The notes under the pieces were generated by a model. The model had not been told where the DNA came from, ran no database searches, and saw only the letters and a program-made list of their open reading frames with translations. A DNA stretch of 29,357 nt from Octopus sinensis (Eukaryota): NCBI RefSeq assembly GCF_006345805.1, contig NW_021832936.1, forward strand, positions 1 to 29,357, read 5' to 3'. The position numbers were made by a program, and so were the translations under genes. Shown here piece by piece: positions 21,231-29,357 of the stretch; position 1 is the stretch's first letter; each line of letters opens with the position of its first letter.

Positions 21231-21780
21231 AACAACGCCTTTTATATATGGAGTATTATGTTACAATAACAACTTCAAGTGACACACACACACACATTGT
21301 AACACCGAGGAAACGACCCTGACAGATATTTCTCGAAAAGCAGATACATCCTTACTCTAACACTACTCTAAAAAGTCAGGAAAGCAAAGGTTGGAACACG
21401 GCTACTGCCTTTCCAATTCTGTAACATATCCAGTTCCACATCGCCAGTGTTGCTTACAACCCTCATCTCATCATTTTCAAATTACAAAACGGAATCAGAC
21501 CACTACATCCCATTCGCCCACAGCACTACTTATAAACCTAAAATTCAAAAAAATAAATGATGGCTTCATTGTCAAAAAAACTTCCCCATCTATCAACGTA
21601 ACTGCAGAGCCAAGCTTTGAACCCTGCTCCTCGCTATCCACTTATACAAAACATACATAAGAAACCCCATAAAACGCTGCTTAACAAACTTCTTGTGAAA
21701 CCGCCATGTTTATGTAGCACAAATGACCAACAGTATGAAGACTGGAAATTTTTCGAATGGAACACCACAAGGTTCTACTC

Positions 21781-22148
21781 AACCACACGCAGTATTCGTA
21801 CAGTTCCCAGTAAAGCCGTTCTTTTTTTCGTTTTTTTTTTTTTTTTCGCAATACACAAAGATTGTGGGGGTATTTCTCAAGTGTCCAGATGTTTATTTAG
21901 ATTGAGTGATATGGAACCTAATACAACGGTGACAACAGGAAGAAACTTTGACTCTCGCAGCTGTCACATCTTGGCGATCTCAATTTTCAGCTCTCCATAA
22001 CTGTCGACCTTTTCTCTTTGTTTCATGAGAATATGTTGTTCTCCTGGCACTGCCAGGTCAATTATTAGGCGCTCCTGCTTGTCCCTCTTAAAGACTACCA
22101 TAACCGGCTTTCGGTGTTCTAAATATCTTGATCTGTTTGGATTATTGT
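21781..22148 (-). pseudogene. Decayed restriction-like endonuclease C-terminus of an R4/Dong-like non-LTR retrotransposon
   Basis: Minus strand translates IQTD/RYLEHRKPVMVVFKRDKQERLIIDLAVPGEQHILMKQREKVDSYGELKIEIAKM*QLRESKFLPVVTVVLGSISLNLNKHLDT*EIP...TALLGTVRILRVV. This matches the RLE motifs (K/R)PD..D.AVP, EK..Y and LLGT.RILR, with stops and a frameshift. Confidence 0.9.
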
Positions 22149-22639
22149 CTTCCCGTTTTCGTCCATTTCCTTTTCAAGATTATGTTGACACCAAACGTCC
22201 GTTGTTTCATGTTATTGTGTCCCTTAAATCCGAAATTCGTGAAACCGAGAGAGAAGCCGTTAAACGGAGGGCTTACTACTATACTGTACTTAACGATTTA
22301 CACGCTAATACTTTTCACTATCATTCGAAGTTACACTCAGCTGATGAAGACGCACCACCAACGCCACCACTGCAAAATAAAGAGGGGTTGGCGATGGCAA
22401 GGGACGAGGTGTATCGTCGTTTAGTTCGTGTTCCAACATCGCCCTTTTTTTTTGCAGCACATATGCTTAGGTACTTGGCCTATTTAATACAGAGATCATT
22501 AAATATACTTTCACCTACATAACTGTTTAATTACCGTGTTGATAGTGTCCTAGATAAATCTAATCTCGCTTGCTTTTGTTCTTATTGTCGTTGTCATCGA
22601 CATAATCGTCGTCATTGTCGTCGCCGTCGTTGTTTTTGT

Positions 22640-22743
22640 TATTGTTGTTGTTGCTGTTTAGCTTGGGGCAGATCTATGATTAAAAAAAATCTTTCCAGCC
22701 AGAGGGTAACGAAGTGTCAACGACTACCTCATCTAATATATAT

Positions 22744-22779
<36 letters not shown>

Positions 22780-22890
22780 CAACCCCACTTTTTTATTATT
22801 ATATTTTTTAAAGGCGATAGAGATTTGTGGAGGGGGGTAGATTTGGCTGCTATTTCTAACAGACCGACCGTCCATCTAGAAGCACCCTTT
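22640..22890 (-). mobile_element. Family D repeat, inverted and interrupted by (TA)n
   Basis: (TTG)n tail and AGATTTGGCTGCTATTTCTAACAG, the reverse complement of the family D hallmark. Confidence 0.55.
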
Positions 22891-23576
22891 GAAAGACCCA
22901 CCCCGCCTCCACCCCTTCACCCCTCTCACAGCTTTATCGTTTAGTAAAGTTAGAGATTAAGTCACAACTACTTCAGTTTCAAAGCAAGGCTACGCTCGAC
23001 TGAGGAAACATCGAAAACCAGGTGAAACGAATCCATAGCCGTATTAAGTGGACGGTTATGAATATTAAAATATTTAGTCATAGCTTTAAAATGGTTTTAT
23101 TCTTGTTTCTTTTCTTTTTTTATTATTTGCTTTTCTTTTTAACGCATATATTTAGATAATTGAGTTGTTCTGCTGTTTTAATAATTACACATACATTCAC
23201 CTACATAAGCGAGATACGGATACAAAGACATACGGTCACACACATAGACATATTCAAATACACAGACATATTGGATAAAAAAAACATCATGTACACACCT
23301 ATATGCGCGCGCACATTGTGTGTGTCTGTGTGTATGTGTGCGTATGTTACGTACTTTGATTTATGTCAGACGAATGAGAGACGAGTGCTCAATAAATATT
23401 GTAGAGACGAAGTGGATGTGGTTTTATTGAAAGTCTTAAAGATGTTATCGCCTGTAGATCGCAGTGGCGTGAAACTCAAGTTGTGCAACAAGCTCTCGGT
23501 TTCTATGAAACCATATATGTGGTGTATGCGTATACACAAAAACCATAGATATGCTTACATGTATACATTATGTATA

Positions 23577-23792
23577 AGGTGGCGAGCTGGCAGAAAGGTT
23601 AGCGCGCCGGACGAAATTCTTAGCGGTGTTTCGTCTGTCTTTACGTTCTGAGTTCAAATTCCGCCGAGGTTGACTTTGCCTTTCATCCCTTCGGGGTCGA
23701 TAAATTAAGTATCAGTTGCGTAGTGGGGTAGATCTAATCGACTTGTCCCTTCCCCAAAAATTTCGGGCCTTGTGCCTAGAGTAGAAACGATA
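23577..23792 (+). mobile_element. SINE family A, full length, with 15-bp TSD
   Basis: TATACATTATGTATA is duplicated at 23562-23576 and 23793-23807; head, B-box and core are intact. Confidence 0.95.
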
Positions 23793-23849
23793 TATACATT
23801 ATGTATATATTTATCTATATCTATTTATCTGTATATACATGCATACATC

Positions 23850-24005
23850 CTCCTTCTTTGGAATTTTCCCTTTCTCCTTCCTGACAAGTAGCTATGCTCG
23901 AAACGTTGAGTTCTTTCCTTTCACCGAGCGTCAAACTAATACACCTCTTCCTCACGTTCGTTGGTTTTCTTTTTCTTTTTTTCGTTTTTATTCGTTTATT
24001 TGAAT
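23850..24005 (+). repeat. Penelope-like terminal-repeat relic with degenerate hammerhead motif (23881-23907)
   Basis: CTGACAA-GTAGC-tat-GCTC-GAAACGTT within a pyrimidine-rich context. Confidence 0.45.
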
Positions 24006-24056
24006 TGCTTAATTCTAATTGACTATATATACGTGTGTGTGTACGTATATATATAT

Positions 24057-24165
24057 AGCCGAAATTGCGAGGATGATCCGGTTCTTGACTGAAGATTAGA
24101 GGCTTCGAATGACCCGTCCGTTTTTTTTGTATCGTCTATTTGAATGTTTTGCGTTCTTGTCCCTA
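24057..24165 (+). repeat. Family E repeat embedded in (TA)n
   Basis: Near-identical to 3531-3635. Confidence 0.85.
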
Positions 24166-24168
24166 TTG

Positions 24169-24169
<1 letters not shown>

Positions 24170-24216
<47 letters not shown>

Positions 24217-24229
24217 GCATATATGTATA

Positions 24230-24274
<45 letters not shown>

Positions 24275-24438
24275 TATATGTATATATATATGTGTGTGTA
24301 TATGTACATATATGTGTATATATATACATATACATATATATATGAATATATATATATATGAATAAGTATATACATATGTATATATATATGTATGTATATA
24401 TATATTTATATATATTTATATATATACATATATCTATA
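24170..24438. repeat. (TA)n-based compound microsatellite
   Basis: Directly visible. Confidence 0.95.
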
Positions 24439-24467
24439 GTTACGTACAGGCTTCTATGTATAGGACG

Positions 24468-24526
<59 letters not shown>
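24468..24526. repeat. (GTA)n microsatellite
   Basis: Directly visible. Confidence 0.95.
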
Positions 24527-24527
<1 letters not shown>

Positions 24528-24589
24528 ATAAGATTAGGATTAACGCATCAAGATCACATGATCTGCAGGAAACAGGACTGTTTTTAAAA

Positions 24590-24615
24590 TGACCTCTCAG
24601 GTGGGTCAGAGGTCA
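24590..24615. promoter_or_regulatory. Nuclear-receptor motif cluster (DR1 plus everted half-site)
   Basis: TGACCT at 24590-24595; GGGTCA-G-AGGTCA at 24603-24615. Confidence 0.4.
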
Positions 24616-24820
24616 GTGCCAGTTGTGAATACACAATAAGAATAAATATTTACTGTTAAATCTTTAAAACCATAAACAATTTGCAAATCAAGACAGATGA
24701 TAGTTTATTTAACAGCACGAACCCCCGCGGCTTTGGGTTCGATTACCGCTCTAGGTAGCTGAACATATTCATTTTATTCGTAAATGAAGGACAAATATGT
24801 ATGCGTTTGTGTGTGTGTGT

Positions 24821-25000
24821 ATCTTTTACTCATTGGACTTCGGCCATGCTGGGTTACTTACCTTGAAAAGATTTTTGTCATAAGACTCGCCTCAGATTTT
24901 TCTGTTTTTAAGCCTGCTACTAATTCTGTCGGTCACTTTTGCCGAACTGCTATATATCGATAACATGAACAAACCGACAGTTGTCAAGCGTTGGGCAATA
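24821..25000 (-). mobile_element. Degenerate SINE family B 3' part
   Basis: GACTTCGGCCATGCTGG, TTTTGCCGAACTGCTA and GTTGTCAAGCGTTGGG. Confidence 0.6.
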
Positions 25001-25472
25001 CAAATATAAAGACTGGGCGCGCAATGTAACCACCAAGAATGAAACCCCAAACTGTTGTTACAGCATCCATCTAGGGACAAGGATACTCTGGTGCAAAACC
25101 CGCGGTTTCACGTGATTCTTGGTTATTTCGCTTCGGCCTATCGCCAGATACTAATCTCGGAGACTCAGAGAATTGAACTCGTGTTGTACAAATTGGTGCT
25201 TCTAAGCCATTCGTCTATTTATATATTTTCTTTAGTTTATCAAGTTTAGGGCCATCTCTATTATAGTTGTGTTTACGCCATCAGAGCTTCTCAGTCGTAT
25301 TAATTGTGTAACTTTAAGAGCGGTTGTGAGGAATCTAGTTGGGTGCTCCTTGATATGAATTAATGTCCGTATCAAACATTATTATGTATTTGTTTTAATA
25401 TTAATATTCGTACTTTCGCGTACATCTGTTATTATATTTTTGCTTGCGTTATTTCAACTATTTTAGAAGGAA

Positions 25473-26963
25473 CTAGTAGAGATACCCGGCGTTGCTCGCG
25501 ATTAAAACGACATAGTTTGTGTATGTGCATTACATGCATGTTGAAACAAGTGATACAGGAAAGTGCAGTATTGGCAACAAAACATTTGTGGAGTAAATGT
25601 TAAAGCTTTGCAGAAATGACAATTTCAGTGTAGCACACCAATTTGGACAGAATTATCATTTTAATAAGAATCGGATGGATCATATCTGAAAGCGACTCCA
25701 GGAGTTGTGAAGAACGAATTTGTACGTAGTCTGTTTCTGAGAGCTAATTCTGTTGGATCGCTGTCCAGTGTCATTAAAATGTTGTTTCAATGATGCAGCA
25801 TGCATTTGTTGATCTTGGGAAAGTCTCCTCTCCCTTCTCTCTTGAGACTCCGTCTGATGTGCTGCAGCATGCATTTGGTGGTCTTTGGACAGTGCCATGT
25901 CCCTTCTGTACTGAGACCCCATCGGACGTGCTTGCAGCATGTCTTTGATGACGTTGAGAATGTCTCGTGTCCCTTATCTCGCGGGACTCTCGCCGTCGGT
26001 TTTCTGCTCTCCACTTTGTTTTATAGGCGTTTCTGGAGAGATTACGTTTTTCAATATTTTAAACAAAAGATTATGTACATAGAAAAAATATTCATTAATA
26101 TCGATTTTTGTAAGCATTTTTATAATGTAGTTTGTCTATATTTTTATATGCAGTGTAAAGTAACTAAATATAAGCAAATTGTAAATACCTTGAAACCTTG
26201 CAAATGCTGCGATAATTATGAACTGTTAATGGAATGGTAGATGGGTTTTTTTATATAACTCAGACCTTCCACGTAATTATTTTGGGTCAAGAGTTTGTGT
26301 AGATGTATGTGTGTGTTTAATAACGTAGGTAACGGGCGCGCAAATACAAGCACACTCACAGACACATACACATTCATATACAAAATGTGACGATACGCAC
26401 ACATACACTCTCACATACAGACACATACATATAGTAAGAGAGACGCATGCAGATATACATTCACGCATGTCAGTCGTCACATGTGTATATGTATGTGCAG
26501 ATGTTTGGGTATTTTTAATGGCGTACCTAACGCGGGAACACCTACGCAGTCAGAGAGACATACTCACTCATACACCTTCACACATACACACAGAGATACA
26601 TACACACTCATATATGAGACGTCGTCGTTTGAAGTGTCCTTTACTATTTCGTACGCATCGAACGCGCATGCACACACACAATAGTGAAAGAATAAAAATA
26701 AAGCAATTTTTCACAACGATTTTCGATACAGTGAGAAATGTAAGTATTCTATTTAAATAGACGGAGCACTATTTTTCACGGTCGGTTTGTCGCATTACGC
26801 AGCAGGTCTGGGCAAAATGTTATAGGGCATGACCATCCATGGCACATAAATAACGTGCGTATAAAGCTTGCTGAAAATCGGTTGAAAACTATAGAAATGC
26901 ATATATTTTACACACACAGACACACACACAAACATCCTTTGTTTTATATATATATATATATAT

Positions 26964-26968
<5 letters not shown>
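25473..26968 (-). mobile_element. Non-autonomous (internally deleted) Helitron, ~1.5 kb
   Basis: On the minus strand the 5' end reads A|TCTATATATA..AAAACAAAGGATGTTTGTGTGTGTG. The 3' end has a GC-rich hairpin (plus 25485-25500, CCCGGCGTTGCTCGCG) followed by CTAG|T. It is inserted between A and T with no TSD and carries an internal Helitron-like protein relic. The 5' boundary is ambiguous within the adjacent (GATA)n. Confidence 0.85.
25568..26010 (-). pseudogene. Decayed N-terminus of a Helitron Rep/helicase protein: three 23-aa STPR-like repeats plus Cys-rich motif
   Basis: Repeats ESREIRDTRHSQRHQRHAA(fs)ARPM / GSQYRRDMALSKDHQMHAAAHQT / ESQERRERRLSQDQQMHAAS. Then, in another frame, GVAFRYDPSDSY*NDNSVQIGVLH*NCHFCKALTFTPQMFCC (AFxYDP...IG...CxxCxAL...CC). 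Confidence 0.8.

Positions 26969-27041
<73 letters not shown>
26967..27041. repeat. (GATA)n microsatellite abutting the Helitron 5' end
   Basis: Directly visible. Confidence 0.95.
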
Positions 27042-27148
27042 TGCATCGCGTACGTTATATACTACATAGATGATATATGTGTGTGTATATGTGTGTGTGT
27101 ATGTTTTATACTGATATGATATGAACGCTAAAAGTATTAATGCTCATT

Positions 27149-27179
<31 letters not shown>

Positions 27180-27329
27180 ATGAGGATGATGATGATGCCG
27201 TTGTCAGATGCCTAGAATCTTTCTCCACCCGTATGTATCCATTAACACATCCCGCATCCACCCTTCGTACCACTATTTCATTATATTTACCTGTTCTATT
27301 GTAGATTAGACTAGATAGATAGACAGAGG

Positions 27330-27403
<74 letters not shown>

Positions 27404-28316
27404 GGTAGATGGGTAAGCATAAATAGATAGGAATTCTACAGACAGAAGAGAGACAGACAGACAGACAGGTCTGTCTGTGCATCTTATCTCTCTATTTATG
27501 TCTACCCACTTACCTATCTGTCTGTCAGTCTCTCTTTCTCTCTCTCTCTACATAGTACGTTTGTGTGAGGAAAAGCATTTAGGTAGATATGTTGTTAGGT
27601 AGGTAGGCAGGTAGGTAAGTAGGTAGGTAGGTAAGTATGAAGGTAAATTTACACGGGTATTGGGAAGGGTTAGGGTTAGGATTTAATGATGGGCTGAAGG
27701 AAGGCTCAAGTGTATACTACTTCAGTATTTGCAAAGGAGCCGGAAGTTTAAAACCGGGTGGTTAATCGGGTAGCAGAGGGTTGTTATAAAGCTCGGGTGG
27801 CTTGGTCAGGTAGTTGTTCAGGTGTGAGTTCAGGGCTGTCTGGTCGGGTGGTGGAAAGTCGATCGGTGAGTCGGGCAGATTAAGAAGGGTACTTCCGGTT
27901 GGACTACGTCGTTATTTATGTCCACACATTTACAGACGGACAGGTAATGTATATATGTATACATACATATATACATTCGTATATATGTATACATTATTAT
28001 GGCTGCCCCCTCGTTATCGAGTATGGCCATTGCACGAAGCTTAACTGTTACTGGTGCTGTGATCGAATGTGACTTTTTAGCCCAGCTAAAGATCTACATA
28101 CATATATACATTCATGCATATAATGAATGCAATCATAAATACACATGAATGTGTATGTGTATTTTATACATACACGCACACAACACACGCATTTATATCT
28201 ACGCGTGTGTTGTGTGTGTGTGTATGTGTGTGTATAAAGATAGTTGTTTGCGGTATATATATGTACATGTGTATTTATGTAGACACACATTCACAACATA
28301 TATATATATATATATA

Positions 28317-28363
<47 letters not shown>

Positions 28364-28899
28364 GTATGTGTATACATACATATATATGTGCGTATGTATA
28401 TACAGTCTGTATGTATACACAAACACACACGCACACATTATAGACAGGAGATAATTGTCCCACAAGTGTCCTTTGAACATTTTTTATGCATTTTGCGCGT
28501 AAAATCATAACGTCTACGTCCGCACACACACCAATATACATGCGCGCGCATGTGTGTGTACAAATGTTTTTCACTGAAGATATTCATTCAAACTGATGAA
28601 ATTTTATTTGATGAAGATGAACGATTCTCTTCAGCGGAATAAGATAATTCTACGAGCAACACGTAACGACGTCTCATCTCTGACCAACAGCCAAAGGATG
28701 TAAGGTTGTTTGCGATCAAGAACGGTGAGAAAAGTCTTCGTACAGTTTCTTCCTGGTTCAAAATGGCGCCTGACACTCTCTTTTATCATTAAATACGACA
28801 AAAATATTAACCGTTATCGGACGGTTAAGGTTGGATATATACCTGTACTATGATGGGATAATATCAGAAAATACGACATACGTACAATAACGATACTGT

Positions 28900-29357
28900 T
28901 TTTTATTTTTTTTTTTTTTCTTGTTTCATTCATTAGATCTCGACCATGCTGGAGCACCATCTTCTAGAACTTTTAGTGGAATTAATCGATCCCAGTGCTA
29001 TTTCCTTTTTGAAGCCTGTTTCTTATTGTATTGGTTTCTTTTTGCCGAACCGCTAAGTTACCGGGACGTAAACGCGCCAAGACCAATTGTCTAATGGTAG
29101 TGAGGGACAAACGCATGCGCCAACAATCACACTTACACGTACATACAAACACAAACACATGTGTATGTGTCTGTGTGTATGGTGTGTGTGTGTGTGTATG
29201 TGTGTGTGTTTTGTGTTGTGTGTGTGTGTATGTGTGTGTGTGTGTGTGTGTGTTGTGTGTGTGTGTGTGTGTGTGTGATGGGATTCCGTTAGTTTCCGTC
29301 AACCAAATCCACTCAGAAGATACCTACCCAAAGTGCCTGTGGGACTGAACCCGGGAC
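28900..29357 (-). mobile_element. SINE family B, running off the window end, with expanded internal (TG)n
   Basis: CCATGCTGGAGCACC, TTTTGCCGAACCGCTAAGTTAC, AGTTTCCGTCAACCAAATCCACTCA and GTGGGACTGAACCCGG. Confidence 0.85.

Noticed and set aside
22341-22430. CTGATGA as a hammerhead core
   Set aside because: No stem II followed by GAAA at a suitable position.
22025-22522. 165-aa plus-strand ORF
   Set aside because: Its first part is antisense to the RLE retrotransposon relic, and the remainder has no recognisable domain or splice signals.
27597-27647. AGGTAAGT motifs as recursive splice sites
   Set aside because: They lie within a (GGTA)n microsatellite with no adjacent polypyrimidine tract.
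28588-28776. 62-aa minus-strand ORF and YY1-like CAAAATGGCG
   Set aside because: No recognisable homology or splice structure; a single short motif is insufficient.

Overview
This is repeat-rich animal genomic DNA, most likely from an octopus (inferred from the SINE families and microsatellite load; not database-confirmed). The only convincing host coding sequence is a first coding exon at 486-690 (+). It encodes a signal peptide and the start of an F-spondin/spondin-1-type reeler domain, and ends at a phase-1 GTAGGT donor. The remaining ~28.7 kb appears to be one intron with no recognisable second exon. It contains microsatellites, at least four SINE-like families, a non-autonomous Helitron with decayed STPR-like repeats and a Cys-rich Rep-N-terminal motif, a Helentron-type HINE, MITEs, R4/Dong-type and APE-type LINE relics, and three decayed Penelope-type minimal hammerhead motifs. 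Nearly all supplied ORFs are microsatellite or repeat artefacts. The most unusual unexplained signals are a 32-bp-phased array of CTCF-like motifs (13345-13485) and two compact motif clusters in unique sequence (10175-10247, 24551-24720). No clearly novel biological system can be demonstrated from the sequence alone. Coordinates of decayed repeats are approximate.
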